From contig OX597815.1 of assembly GCA_951406725.2 (NCBI GenBank), positions 184,078,001 through 184,142,000 on the forward strand: a DNA stretch of 64,000 bases, in the 5' to 3' direction. The position numbers and the translations under genes were made by a program. This DNA is from Octopus vulgaris. Taxonomy: Eukaryota. Under the pieces are notes generated by a model, which saw only the letters and a list, made by a program, of their open reading frames with translations, was not told the DNA's origin and did not search any database. Shown piece by piece: positions 11,876 to 25,399 of the stretch (positions are counted from its first letter, which is position 1; every line of letters starts with the position of its first letter).

Positions 11876-14830
11876 TGTAGTCAGGCCACGACAAGCTCCA
11901 GTCTCCTTGCCAATATATTGGCCAAAATTTTGTAATCTGCATTTAGCAGAGTTACCGACCTAAAGTTATTAACTCTGTCCTCCTTGTTCGGATCCTTTCT
12001 CAGTAGCGTCACCACACCTCAGCTCACAGATCTGGGGATTTTCTTGTTCTGCTGCCAGTTGCGGTAGACATCTACCAAAATCTCACCGAACAAGTCAGGC
12101 ATATGAATATAAAGTTCGAAGGGCAGACCATCCAATTCCAGAGGCTTCTTCCCTGTGCAACAGTCCAGTGCATCACATATTTCTTCCCTTGCTATTGGCC
12201 TTTCGCTGAACTCTACATCCGTGGCCGAAAGCCGTGGCAATCCATCGAGGTAGGCGGCGAAGTTCACTTCCGCCTTCGAACCATCGAACGCCTAGTACAG
12301 TTCAGCAAACGGATGTGGAAATTCTGTACAAATCTGTCTTCGTTATCATTCACGTTCAAGACCATCATGCTACCTTCGGAGTCCAGCAAGACCAACCGTA
12401 TCTCGAGATCCAGGTCTTTGCTGAACAATATCGTCACCTTACCCCACCCCATTCTTGGTTGACTAAGAGATGCAAAGATCTCATAATAATCGAAAATGGG
12501 GGCTAAGTCGCACGTGTCCGAGATCATGTTCTCACTGGCAGCTATTACACCTAATTTTCGCCACCTGAAGTCATTGAGCAAGCGACCTTGCTTCCATGAC
12601 AACCCCAAGCCGTCTACATTTATACTGCCCACTCTAAGCAGTACCGTGTTAGAACATGGTAATGTGTGAAAGTAGGAGAGAGAGAGTTACTTTCCAAGGC
12701 TTTGTAGGGGATTAGGGGTGCCTATTCTGTCCCTCTCACTGGATGTGGGTTTTTTCCCCAGCAGTCCCTTGTAATGTCTGATATTGAGGTACTTTTGAAA
12801 ATCTGCTTCAAACTTGAGATATATAGATTTCAAAATTTTATAGTCACTTTCAGTAGCTTTGAATATTTTTTTATGTGTGCCGGGTTATTTGTGGTTGGTG
12901 TGAAATAATTGGTTTCATTAATATCCATGTGTTTGTGGATGTGTTCTATTAGTTCGTTATATTTTGTACTTTTATAACCGTGAGATTTATAATGTCTGGT
13001 TTATGATCATTTGATGTAATACCGTCCTTCTGTTGTGTATGTAGGCTATGCTGTGTTGTAGAGGTGGTGGTGGTAGTCGCTGGGATGATGTTATCGTTGC
13101 CTCTGTGTGTGTGTAGGTGGGTTTATGCATGGTGTGCTGTTCTTACCGTTCGTCCCCTTCTCCATTTTCTCGTACTTGCCTGTTTTTTCTTCTGGTTATC
13201 GTTTGTGCTCTTCCGGTTTTTCCATCCTTTACATGTGACTGTTTGCCATGGCTGTCCCTCTTTATTTCCGTAGTTTTCATTATCCGAATAGGGGAGGAGT
13301 ATTCCTTCTGTAGGTAGTTGTTATGCTGTTGGCCTTGTTGATGTTGTTATCATCATTTTCGGTGGGGAGTTATCTGTTGCTGCTGTTGTTGTTGCTACTG
13401 CTGCTGGTGCCCATTCTGCTTGACGTTGTGCACTTGTTTCCATTTCAGTCCTGGTTGTAGCTGCAGCTGCTGCCGGTGCTGTCGTGGTCTTTTGTGGATG
13501 CTGTTGTGTCCAATTGTCTCTGTCGGTGTTGTTGCTGTTTCTGCTGCTGCTGTTGTTGTTGTTGTTAAGCAACAAGACGGGTAAGGGTGATTAGGTGATG
13601 GTCTAGGGCTTAGGGGCGGGAGACCTCAGACCTTGGAAAAAAAAGCTTTGGTCGTCTTGTTGTAGTCGAGGGCTTTTCGTTGACGCCCGACACCACTAGG
13701 AGGTGGCCCTCGAAGTCGCTGGAAATGGAGATCTCCAGGTCCAAATTCTTGAACGGCTGCTGCTGCTGCTGCCCTTGTTGTGGTGTATGTTGTTGTGTTT
13801 GTAGCGGTGTTAATGGTTGCTGCGGCTCATTTTCTCTTATTCCCTTCTTTCGTTCGGGCAATTGACTCTGATGTTACCTGAATCGCCACAGAAGTAATAT
13901 CGCGGCCTTCTTCCTTCCCTGGCCTCCAGGGATTTCTATTAGGTCGGCAATTTTCTCTACAGTTTCTGGTTTTACTTGCAGTAGAAGTTCCAACCCTATT
14001 CCAACCCAATTTTTCTGTTTGGATTTTTGGATTTCAATGGGACTCCTAGGATCTTCCAGCACCACGGCTTTCATTACCCACCAGAAATCAATTTCTGGCG
14101 GCATGTTATTTATTTTTATTCGGATGACTCTGTCCCAGATAAATAGGAGTTAAAGTGAACTGTTCCCGTTTTAATGGGACGGTTGAGTGGTTTTCTGCTA
14201 GTGATTCCGACTGGAATATGATCTTGATGTTGCCGAGCTTTGGAGCGTGGCAGACAAAGCTGACATCACCACATATATTTTTCAGGCAGATCTCGGTTTG
14301 GTATGATGGTACTTTTTCCAGTCTCCTTTTTTTCATGGACAGATATCTGTACATGATGTTTCATTTTCGGTTGCCTCTCGTAGGTTTTGAGGCACGTTTA
14401 GTGTAGCCTTTCTTCCCGTCTTATAATCCCCTCAGCTTCCTTTAAATGTTCTTCTTTATCCTTTAACGACATATTTCTAACATATTTGTAACTTTTGCGA
14501 AGGAAGCGTTACTTCTGTTTGAACCTTCTCTTTCTTTGTTAAAATATTTACTGATTTGTGTGGTGGCCGTAGTGGTGGTGGTGATATTTTCCTTGCACAA
14601 TTGGCCATCGCTGCTTATATTTTGTGCTTCCCCAATCGAATTCTAATTACTCCTGACACCTCAACGTCGGTTGTTGTTGCTGTTGTTGTTGTTGTTATTG
14701 CTGTTGCTACTCCTCCTGCTACTACCACTATCATGTACATCTAGTGTGAGTGGGGGCGAGGGACGTCGAAGACAATTTCGCGTTCTACATCTCCTCCCAG
14801 TTCCTTCTCTTGTCGACTCGCCGAGAAAGA
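11876..14830 (-). mobile_element. Decayed L1/Tx1-like LINE (ORF1 with degenerate zinc knuckle; deleted ORF2 with APE endonuclease and RT)
   Basis: ORF1 EGRRPRYYFCGDSGNIRVNCP (eroded CCHC) near 13860-13920; ORF2 start LRVGSINVDGLG near 12640; LDGLPFELY and FRSVTLLNADYKILANILARRL near 11900-12130. Confidence 0.85.
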
Positions 14831-15040
14831 CGGCGCCGCCATATTATATTTTTAAAATTTTGAAAGGAAAATTAATTTTTGTTTCGAGTGACTTTTGCCC
14901 CGCAAGGCAAAAAAATAAAACTGTTAATCAGAAGAATATGGTCTAGATTAATTTAGTCACAAGTTATAGTAATAAAATGTAACAATAACAATCTTTTTTA
15001 AGATAAGCAAGTTGCGAAATACACGTCCAGCTCTGGCGAC

Positions 15041-15078
<38 letters not shown>

Positions 15079-15169
15079 TAATAATAATAAAGAAGAAGAA
15101 GAAAAAGAAGAAGAAGAAGAAGAAGTACTAAGAACAAACTACATAATATACAGAATAGACAATATATCA

Positions 15170-15660
15170 GAAAGTGATAAGTGCATAATCTGTGGACAAA
15201 ACGGTGAAACAGTATGGCATATTCCCAGCCAATGTACGCCACTTGCCCAGAAGGAATATAAGAGACGTCATGACTATATAGCCAGCATTGTCCATTGGAC
15301 ACTCTGTAGCAAGTATGGACTTGACAGAGTAAAAAATTGGTACGACTACAAACCTGAAGGCATCGTCGAGAATAGAAATGCAAAGAGCCAATGAGATTTT
15401 ATGATCCAGTGCGAACATGAGATAGAGAATAGGAAGCCGGACATAGTCTTAATTGAGAAACAAAACAAACTATGCTGGATCATAGATATAGCATGCCCAG
15501 CTGACAACAAGATATGCGATAAGGAAGAAAGAAAAGTCGAAAGATATGACAGGTTAGCTTGGGAAGTTAAGCCGCTGTTGTCGATGAAAAAGGTAGAAGT
15601 ACCAATAATTGTCGGAGCCCCGGGAACAGCGAGCAAAAGATTATAGATGCGCATGACAGG
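15170..15660 (+). mobile_element. R4/Dong-type non-LTR retrotransposon 3' fragment (CCHC plus restriction-like endonuclease)
   Basis: Across frameshifts: LCGQNGETV.HI.SQC..LAQKEYK.RHD, WYDYKPEG, RKPDIVLIEK...IIDIACPAD..K.E.K..Y, VPIIVGA.G. Confidence 0.85.
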
Positions 15661-16211
15661 ATAGCGGAAACAGCAATGATCGCGGATAAATGGATCATTC
15701 TCATTTATTCCCGTTGATGTTTCAAGAAGTTCCTGGTTTCAAGAATAGATTGTGGGAAGCATTGCATTCAATATTACTAGTATAGTCCGAATAGTTTACG
15801 AACTGAAACTGAATTGATTCCAGGAAAGGCGTCCTTCTTAGGCTACGACGATAAGGTTCCAGTTGATCTGATCAATAGAACATCCTACTTGTGGAATTGA
15901 TGTGCTAGTGGCTGAACACTCTATAAACACGCGTAATCTTAACGTTGTTCTCACGGGAATTTGGCGTGACACAGAATTTGACAGGGCTGGTCATTTGAAC
16001 TAAAATAACCCATTTTTGCTTACCGAGTTCATTGGAGCAACATGAAATATATTTCTTGGTCAAGAGCAGAAAGCAGCGCTGGGAATCACACTGAAGCTGG
16101 TGGGCCGAATACCTCAATCACTAAGCTATACGCATTCACCTATGTCACAAAGCATTGTTATTAAATAATACGTGAAGATATAGAAATGATATATTAACTA
16201 TGCTGCGTACA

Positions 16212-16356
16212 TCACTCCTTTCGATAGATTTCATTTTCAAATTCCTTGTTGTCAAATGAATATCTCCCCCACGTTACATTGTTGAAGGGGCAGAGTTTGT
16301 CGACAAAGGCCCGAGTATTTCGGCACGATTGCACGTTGTCAATAGCATGAAACAAC
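16212..16356 (-). CDS. Possible terminal coding exon of an unidentified host gene
   Basis: Non-repetitive sequence with ttttaag|G acceptor, then LFHAIDNVQSCRNTRAFVDKLCPFNNVTWGRYSFDNKEFENEIYRKE*. No family recognised. Confidence 0.25.
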
Positions 16357-18669
16357 CTTAAAATTATACATTTCACAGGAAATATTACACACACATACAC
16401 ATGCGCGCGGACATAGACATACATGTGTGCCTCTGTGTGTGTGTGTGCATATCCACATAACAGCATATTCACATTCGTATATTATGGTTCATCCTCATCT
16501 GTAATTATATACATCTGTCGCCGCAGCTAATGTTACTTCAGAACTTCCCACTCACATTTGGAAAGCAAACTTTTTATACCACTTAGTCTGCATTAAATAA
16601 AGCTTGATGCAAAAATGAATGCTCGACAGAGGATGACCTAAAAGAATTTGAGAGAGAGAGGAAGAGAGTCAAGTAGAGAGAAAGAAGTGGGGGAGGGGGA
16701 GAAAGAGACATTGAGATAAATATTTCGATGAAATAAGGAATAATCAAAAACGTTAAATACTGTAATCACAATCAAACAGAAACGATCAAGGGAAAGCAAT
16801 TCTTTTATGAAAAAATAAAACATGCAATAAATAAATATAACGAGGCAACAACATCCTTTGATTGCATTAAAATACAAACAATACTCTTGTACACACCCAC
16901 TTGAAAATGCGCATAAACTGAGACGTGTGTGTGTGTGTGCCTGTGTTTGTGTGTGAGTGCAAACATTTTAGGTCATGTATGTATATCTTTCTAATCTGTA
17001 TATAATCAATTTACTCTTCAAAAAAAAAAAAGGGGAAAGGATAATTACTTCCCCTGCTTCTAATAATCACAGTAAATGTATACGTCACCAAAAATTAATT
17101 TCTTTTCCGATTCATTCGTAAAAAAATCGCTTCTGACATGTCAACAAATTACGAAATTATATTATCACAAACAACTTAGTCGTGATTAGCATAAGTGAAA
17201 CCGGTCGTATATGTAAATATCGTACAGTGTGTGTGCATATGTACTTTTTTCCGACGCAAACTTTCTTGTATTTCAATTCACCCAGTGGAATTATTTTCGA
17301 ATACACACACACAGACACAAACATATATTATTGGAAAATATAAGGACACAGATAGTGTGTCGTATAGCCAGCTAGAAACGATGTTTCTTGGGGCTAAAAC
17401 AACAGTAATATCGTCCCTCCCAGGACAGCCACATTATGTTAGTTAATAGCCTTTACTTTAAAGAACTGTTACTTAATGTTTCTCTTCGAGAGATTTAGAA
17501 ATAATAATATTTATTTATACACACACACACACATACATATAGTTTAATGATCCGTTAACGTAGGATCCACAAAAATATACTCCCTCCAGTGAGAAATAAA
17601 TATCTGATTATTTATTGCCCATAGGGGGCTAAACATACTGCTACGTATTTCGCCCGCCGTGCTCGCCGCCTTTTCCAGTGAGAAATAAATATCATTAAGC
17701 GTCCATGGTTCTAAAAAGCTACAGCAGTTTCTAGCTATACAGTTGCATTGTTGCATTGTTGGATTGTGGATTTTTGGCTGTGCGACGTTTTTCCTCTTTT
17801 GTGATGGAGGGACGACGAACGAGAAGTTTTAAAGTTTTGAGTTGTTCTGTTTCGAGTATTGAAAGCTGCTCTTCCTCGGACTCTATGTCGTCAGAGGAGG
17901 AGATGGTGGAGTGCCTGGAGAAGATAGACAAGGTTTCGGAAGAAAGAAGCTATGCTGCGTCGACGGGGAGAGGTGCGAAGAAATAAGGTTGGAATATGTA
18001 AACAAGTATAAAGGAAGGAACGAAATGCCCCCGCCCCCCAACCACAAAGAAGTCTTAAAGTAAACAGCGGAGAGAACGATAGTTTATGGGACGTATTCAT
18101 ACTGACAGCTGGAAAAATTGGAAACATGTCTACCGTACAGATAGAAAAGGCGTAATGGAAAATATGTAATACTATATGACGGAGGAAATGAAAGACTTGA
18201 TAACGAGATAAACTCGTGGAATGGAATCATTAAGGTGGATTTAGCAAGAGTGAAGGGATTGCCCGGGCATTTGCACTGTGTGATGGCAGACCCTGGGTGC
18301 CTTTCAACGGATTATGAAGAAGACTGCGACTGTGAGTGGTAGATCAAGAGGATAGATCCCAGGACAATGGCAGAACTGGTAAGTGCTATTGATATTTAAA
18401 AAAAAGAGGTATAAGATAAACATTTTGTCTAAAGAAGAAAACTAGCTATCACAAAGGCAGGATTAATGGAATGTAAGGTTATGTAAATGATTAATGGATT
18501 AATGGAATGTAAGGTTATGTAAATGGCGTTGCTACAGGTCCGATGAAGTCGCTCGGGAGTGGGGCCGAACGGCTTCATTTCATCTTTTATTGAATAATTT
18601 CATTCATTCTATTCGATTTTTTGTCCCCTGCTTGCACTGTCCTCTCTATGTAATTTTCATGAAATAATG

Positions 18670-19125
18670 AAGCTTGCTTCTCAACCACATGGGTTTGGGT
18701 TCAGTACCTCAGCGTGGTACCTCTGGCAGGTGTCTTCTACTATAGCTTTGGACCTACCAAAGCCTTCTGAGTGAATATGTTAGAATGGAAACTGGAAGAA
18801 GTCCGTCTTACACACACACACACACTACCTCTCTCACACACACATGTACAAAGTATATAATGTTATAAATATAATTATAATATTATAATAAGGGCAACTA
18901 TTAAGTAATTCTACATGCTAGAAGCTGTCCTTATAATTTTATAACTATATGTATAAAATGATATACTTTGTATTAATTTTCACCTTAATTGGTTTTTAGA
19001 TGCTACCTACTTGATAAAATCCTATATAGATTTTAACCGTGATTATAATGATATATTTATGAGTGTGTGTCTGTTTCTCTTCCCGCCATCACTTAACAAC
19101 CGATGCTGGTGTGTTTATGTCCCCA
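18670..19125 (+). mobile_element. tRNA-derived CORE-like SINE family B, fragmented
   Basis: ccacatggg...gggttcagt...tgtcttctactatagc head and acaaccgatgctggtgtgttta tail fragment. Confidence 0.7.
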
Positions 19126-19447
19126 TACATATATATACACGTAATTGTGTCCACACAGTGGTGGGCGAAAGTATGTCTTAGCATACATTCGTACACTCTA
19201 TATAAGTATGTATACCAGCTTCACTAGACTTTTGTTTTTAAGTATGTACTATCTGCTATCATAGATTGTGTATTGAAATGTGTTGCTTTATTACTTTTGT
19301 TAATTCGTTTAAGTTGTTTTGTTTCTTGGGTTTTTTTTTTGCATTCTAGTCTAGAAGATTCTGCCTTCGGGATTTGTTTTCGCTTCTGTATATTGTCTAC
19401 GCATAAAGTCGTACGGATGTATTGAGAGGCTGATCATCATAATCTAC

Positions 19448-19660
19448 AGGCGGTGAGCTGGCAGAAACGTTAGCACGCCGGGCGAAATACTTAGCAGTAT
19501 TTCGTCTGTCTTGACGTTCTGAGTTCAAATTCCCTCGAGGTCAACTTTGCATTTCATCCTTTCGGGGTCGATAAATTAAGTACCAGTTGCGTACTGGGGT
19601 CGATCTAATCGACTGACCCCCTCCCCCAAAATTTCGGGCCTTGTTCCTAGAGTAGAAAAG
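19448..19660 (+). mobile_element. SINE family A (tRNA head plus Deu/Nin-like central domain)
   Basis: A box tggcagaaacg, B box gagttcaaattcc, central tttcatcctttcggggtcgataaattaagtacc. Confidence 0.85.
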
Positions 19661-19976
19661 ATCATCATGATATATTTATCAGTGCGGCTTCCTATATTCT
19701 GTGCCGTTTGCAAATAACAGTTGCATTCTTATATCGTCAGTCAGTGTTGCTTTCACGGTATACTTCGTTTCTGTTTTTAGAATCTACCTGTGGCTTTGTT
19801 TTACAGTCATTGCAGGGGCTTTTTCATGAATGGTTATCTTCCACTGGTTTCTGCACACCTGAAATTGAATGTTTATATTATTTAAAGCATTCCTAAGTCT
19901 GTAAGCTAGTTTGTAAGCAAGTGTTGCATCAACAAACACTACTCTTTGAAATATGAAATAAAATTAGGCTTTACCT

Positions 19977-20246
19977 ACATTATTTACATTTGACGGATAT
20001 TTGTCCTCATCTCGTTTGTTGTTAACACAACGTTTCGGCTGATAAACCCTCCAGCCTTCATCAGGTGTCTTGGGCAAATTTCGAACCTGGGTTCTTATTC
20101 CTAAGATATTTTTCGATATTATCATTATTAGCGTTGTTGTTGTTGTTATTATTGTTATTGTTCCGGTCACTATTTGGAATTGAACTCGAGATCTTGGGGT
20201 TAGTAGCCCGCACTCTTAACCACTACGCCATATACCCGTGGGCATA
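19977..20246 (-). mobile_element. tRNA-headed, hammerhead-tailed element (family H), copy 1
   Basis: tRNA-like head 20165-20237, AAT/AAC tract, HHR at 20024-20069. Confidence 0.85.
20024..20069 (-). ncRNA. Minimal type I hammerhead ribozyme motif
   Basis: GACAC-CUGAUGA-A-GGCUG(gaggguuuau)CAGCC-GAAA-CG-UU-GUGUU. Confidence 0.75.
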
Positions 20247-20598
20247 TACCCGTGTTATGCTTTACCTAATTACACATTTCTTCTAACCTGCCCCAGGACT
20301 TTCCCCATTGCATGGGACATATACCATTAATTTTGTTAACGGCGGAAAAGGTTTCCTCGGAACCTTTGTATCACCAAATTTGACGATCTAATTATATCCG
20401 CAGAATCATTTTACTCGTGAAATCTGGTAAATTGTTTTGTAATTGAGATGGTTGACACACATCATGCACTTGCAAACCTGGCAATAACTTAGTTAACAAT
20501 TTGCTTATTTGAATGCTTGCTGATTATAGGGAAGACCCAGTGAAGGTGAACCATGGCTTTCTGATAATGTGAAAAGAAGATTTGTGTTTTATTATTTA

Positions 20599-20995
20599 CT
20601 ATCAGTATCGCCCGGCGTTGCTCGGGTTTGTTACGACCCTTTAGAATTGGAATTTTTGAAAAGTAAAAATTTTGCATTATGTAGCTTGTTATTTTCTTTA
20701 AGTGAACATTTTTCTAGTCGAAATACATCGAAAAATGGCGACACAGCAGTCAAAAATCGTAATAAAATAGGGATTTTCATAGAAAAAAAGCACCTTTTTG
20801 ATGTAAATAATTTTTGGTGTTAACATGGTCCGATTTGAATTTTATCTGCTACGTAATAAAGAGCAAGCCTTTTTCTATCATACTCTTAATTTTGGTCAAC
20901 TTGCGCCGCAGGGTCTCGGGGGAGATAGTGTTAGTTGAAGGCTACCAAATATGCCATACACAGACAATTTCAGCTGTATACATATATTATTATGA
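20599..20995 (-). mobile_element. Non-autonomous Helitron
   Basis: 3' hairpin cccgagcaacgccggg plus near-CTAG end; 5' part homologous to 35059-35270. Confidence 0.8.
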
Positions 20996-21961
20996 TTTTT
21001 AGTTAGTCTGTTGTGAGGACTCTATTTTTGGGTGTGCGGAGAGACGGTCTATTCTCCATCCTAATACTCTGGTTAGATATTTGCTGGATTCTTTTCATTG
21101 TGCTCTTTTGTAACTATGGTACAAAATATTGATTGATTGCATTTAACACTATAGCTATGTCGTCTAAGCATCTGAAGTACATTATCATAGCAGAGATTTT
21201 ATGTTTTGTTTCTGTTAGCAGTTGTTAAAAATCCTGTTGCACTTTACCATAAAGACATTGACTACACGATATCAGCGTTACTATTAGCGATGTTTACTTC
21301 CTTTTCATAAAAGTACAGCCTAATATTGTATTCATATATATATATATGTATGTATATATATATATATATATATATATGACTTTTCATTGATCTTATGTTA
21401 GCATTGATATTGTGTGCCATCGTGATCTCGTTGATAGGGTTGTTACTTACATTCCAATAGTCAACGGAAATTCATTTTGCCGCTATAACAAAGCGAATGG
21501 AAAGTCACATTCATATCTGCAGAATAAATTCACTTAAAACCTTATTTATGTAAATAAATAGTCATTGCTCTGTGGCATATTTGGGAATAATCCTAGGTTG
21601 TAGATATCAACATAGCAAAAAAAAAAAAAACCCAAAAAACCCCATTAATTTTGCAAACCATCTCTACGCATTTCTTTATGGCAAAACGAAGATCGATTGA
21701 CTGCAATAAAGAAACTACTGTAAGGTCGTAAGATTTGGATGCACTCATAGATCTTGCTGAAAACATTTCTCTTGAGATGTGGGATCTGCAAATTCATAAA
21801 GTTGGAGATCTTGCAACAAAATCCTTGTTGGGTTTATGAGCCTTTCTAAATCCATGTAATGCAGGTACGGCATTGTTTATGATTTGGAATCCACTTTCAT
21901 TATATTTGCTAAACCATGCCACCATATCGGTACCGAGGAGCTTTCAAGTAATCTTTTCTTT

Positions 21962-22074
21962 TTGTACATTACTTACATTATTTACACTACTCCATATGCC
22001 CGTAGGCATATAGCGTAGTGGATAAGAGCGCGGGCTACTAACCCCAAGATTCCGAATTCGATTCTAGGCAGTGA

Positions 22075-22137
<63 letters not shown>

Positions 22138-22342
22138 TATTAATAATAACAATATTAATAATAATAACATCGAAAATATACTTTAGGAATGAGAACCCAG
22201 TTTCGAAATTTCCCCAAGTTATCTGATGAAGGCTGGAGGGTATATCAGCCGAAATGTTGTATTAATAACAAACAAGATGAGGACAAATATCCGTCAAATG
22301 TAAATAATGTACATAATTCCTCGTCTCTTAAATACAGAACTG
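21962..22342 (+). mobile_element. Family H copy 2, with short inverted head duplication
   Basis: Head 22005-22076 (A box tagcgtagtgg, B-box-like gaattcgattct), (AAT)n 22079-22168, HHR core ctgatga..ggctg..cagcc gaaa at 22223-22254 with damaged stem I. Confidence 0.85.
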
Positions 22343-22732
22343 TTTTCTTGTGTTGTAAAGTTTCTCATGTCACTGGAGTTTGCCTGATAATTTGGACATA
22401 ATATTATTGAACGCGTTCGTATGGAAGTACGCTACTGGCAACTAAGCCACAATTCAGGCTTTGACAGAATGGGCGCATACTGCGCAGATGCATGAAAATG
22501 TGCGTAACACTTACGCAGCACTTTGATCAACTCTTCAGCGAAAGCGATGGGTCACAGAAATTTATGGACTTTAGTACCAATCTCGACGGCTTGCTGCGAC
22601 TCTCACAAGGACAGGTGAGACGTTGTGTAAGGCCAATAACAACTGAGATGCGAGAAGTATTGAGTGCTTGCCATAATCACACATCTTTTCACAATTTCAC
22701 TGAGATGTGGCTCTTTAATATCTCCACCCTCA

Positions 22733-22935
22733 CTCTATTTTACTTGTTTCAGTCATTTGACTGCGGCCATGCTGGAGCACCGCCTTTAATCGATCAAATC
22801 GACCCCAGGACTTATACTTCGGAAGCCTAGTACTTATTCTACCGTGCTTTCTGTTGCCGAACCGCTAAGTTACGGGGCCGTAAACACACCAGCGTCGGTT
22901 GTCAGGCAATGTTGGGGGGACAAACATAGACACAG

Positions 22936-22966
<31 letters not shown>

Positions 22967-23125
22967 CATACAGGATGGGCTTCTTTCAGTTTCCCTCTAC
23001 CAAATCCACTCCCAAGGCTTTGGTTGGCCCGAGGCTATAGTAGAAGACACTTGCCTAAAGTGCCACGCAGTGGGAATGAACCCGTAACCATGTGGTTGGT
23101 AAACAAGCTACTTACCATACAGCTA
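22733..23125 (-). mobile_element. SINE family B
   Basis: Tail tacttgtttcagtcatttgactgcggccatgctggagcaccgcc, internal CA/TA tract, head aaccatgtggttggtaaacaagc. Confidence 0.85.
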
Positions 23126-23639
23126 CTGGAACTTTAAAAATCGTGCAATCTTTCAAAATGTCAGCCAATCTCGTTATCATCATCAGCATCTTGTTGTTGA
23201 TAGCAAAGGCTAGATGTGTCCCGGTGTTCTGTGATTTGTCCAATTCTATTCATTGCCATAATTCTATTTTTTGTTTCCCTTCTGATTTATAGCGTGTCGT
23301 TAATTTCACCAGACCCTAGGGGTCCGAGCGAAAATTATTGTCATGTGCCCTAATAAGCGAATTTTTGAATAGAATATGTTTTCTTATCGAAAATATTGAA
23401 TAAGGTGGAGACTTCGCTAAACGGAGAAGAGAGGAAGGCAGGAGACAGTTTTGAAAACAAAGTTGGTTTTTGCAGTCACTTTTCAATAAACATGGAAAGT
23501 GTTAATAGCAGTGGAACCACCACCACATCGTCACCACCACAAACATCGCCGCCACCACCACCAACAACAACAACCGTCACCGTCACCACCACAACCAACA
23601 CCACCGTACCACCACACCCAACACCACACCACAACCACT

Positions 23640-23872
23640 ACCTATTTCTTTATTGCCCACAAGGGGCTAAACACAGAGGGGACAAACAAGGACAGACCTA
23701 GGTATTAAGTCGATTATATCGACCCCAGTGCGTAACTGGTGCTTAATTTATCGACCCCGAAAGGATGAAAGGCAAAGTCGATCTTGGCGGAATTTGAACT
23801 CACAACGTAACGGCAGACGAAATACGGCTACGCATTTCGCCCGGCGTGCTAACGTTTCTGCCAGCTCGCCGC
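23640..23872 (-). mobile_element. SINE family A, full-length
   Basis: High similarity to 41720-41956 and 51025-51263. Confidence 0.85.
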
Positions 23873-24019
23873 AACCACTACCACCACACCACCATCAGCA
23901 CTTCCACACTAGCAGCACTACCACCTCCACACCAGCACCAGTACCACCACCACCACTACCACCACAGTCAGACATTCACAAAAAATATAAAATGTCGATA
24001 GATGGTTTATGAAATGCAA

Positions 24020-24400
24020 TTGCTGTGTGGTAAGAAGCTCACTTCCCAACCACATAGTTCCGGGTTCAGTCCCATTCCGTGGCACCTAGGGGAAAGTGTC
24101 TTCCGCTACAGCCTCGGGCCGGCCAAAACCTTGCGAGTTGGTTTGGTAGACGGAAACTGAAAGAAGTCCGTCGTATATATATATATATATATATTTATAT
24201 GCGTATGTGTATGTGTGTGTATTTGTTATTTGTGTCTGTCTTTGTCCCCTACCATCGTTTGACAACCGATGTTGGTGTGTTTACGCCCCCGTAACTTAGC
24301 ATTTCTGCAAAAAAATCGATAGAATAAGTACTACACTTACAAAAAATAAGTCCCGGTATCGAATGCAACAAATAACAGACTAAAAGAATAAAAGGATATG
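24020..24400 (+). mobile_element. SINE family B
   Basis: gctgtgtggtaag A box, gggttcagtccc B box, internal TA/TG tract, tail. Confidence 0.85.
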
Positions 24401-24802
24401 TTTGTGTGTGTGAGTATATATGTGTGTGTGTGTGTGTCCTAAAAAGAAATGAAATAAGGGTGATTCTGAAGTCATTATACGGGACATAGTGGGAAAAACA
24501 ATCACTTACAAATCAATAGGAGTTAAAACTCGTAGATTAGAACGGGCGACACAGCAGCAAATCGAAAAATGTCTATGTCCAGTATAAGACACTCAAATAC
24601 AAGTTGTAAGTGGGAAGAAATATGGCACTGTAGACGTGAGATTTTCCACAAAGGAGGAGGCAATGAAGCACTCCACTTTGACCCTAAATAATGAAGACCT
24701 GTTTTTGGTACCCATATGCCTAGGTTGTAGAGTGGTGAAAATATAATTTCAGACCTCCACAAGTAATAGACATGTGATGGTATCCATTTTCATTGGATAC
24801 GA

Positions 24803-25399
24803 GATCTATTTATCTACATGTTAATCGGGATCTATTTATCTACATGTTAATCGGGATCAGTTTATCTACATGTTAATCGGGATCTGTTTATCTACATGTT
24901 AATCGGGATCTGTTTATCTACATGTTAATCGGGATCTGTTTATCTACCTGTTAATCGGAATCTGTTTATCTACATGTTAATCGGGATCTGTTTATCTACA
25001 TGTTAATCGGGATCTGTTTATCTACATGATAATCGGGATCTGTTTATCTACATGTTAATCGGGATCTATTTATCTACATGTTAATCGGGATCTGTTTATC
25101 TACATGATAATCGGGATCTGTTGATCTACATGTTAATCGGGATCTGTTGATCTACATGTTAATCGGGATCTGTTTATCTACATGATAATCGGGATCTGTT
25201 TATCTACATGTTAATCGGGATCTGTTTATCTACATGTTAATCGGGATCTGTTTATCTACATGTTAATCGGGATCTGTTTATCTACATGTTACTCGGGATC
25301 TGTTTATCTACATGTTAATCGGGATCTGTTTATCTACATGTTAATCGGGATCTGTTGATCTACATGTTAATCGGGATCTATTTATCTATATGTTAATCG
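24803..25399. repeat. 26-bp minisatellite, about 23 copies
   Basis: Unit gatctgtttatctacatgttaatcgg with sporadic single-base variants. Confidence 0.95.

Larger units (their letters stand above)
19200..21960 (-). pseudogene. Ancient, heavily decayed PLE RT region interrupted by younger insertions
   Basis: Eroded motifs in PLE order: VPALHGFRKAHKP (about 21850), MYFRCLDDI (about 21170), YEKNPA...SAHP (about 21050). Extent uncertain. Confidence 0.45.

Noticed and set aside
17540-18580. GC-richer block with short ORFs
   Set aside because: No identifiable motif; probably a decayed retroelement, but not assignable.
22005-22076. Functional tRNA gene
   Set aside because: Acceptor and anticodon stems are incomplete, and it is always embedded in the family H repeat, so it is a SINE-type head.
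24803-25399. CRISPR-like appearance of the 26-bp array
   Set aside because: Contiguous units with no unique spacers, no cas genes, eukaryotic context.
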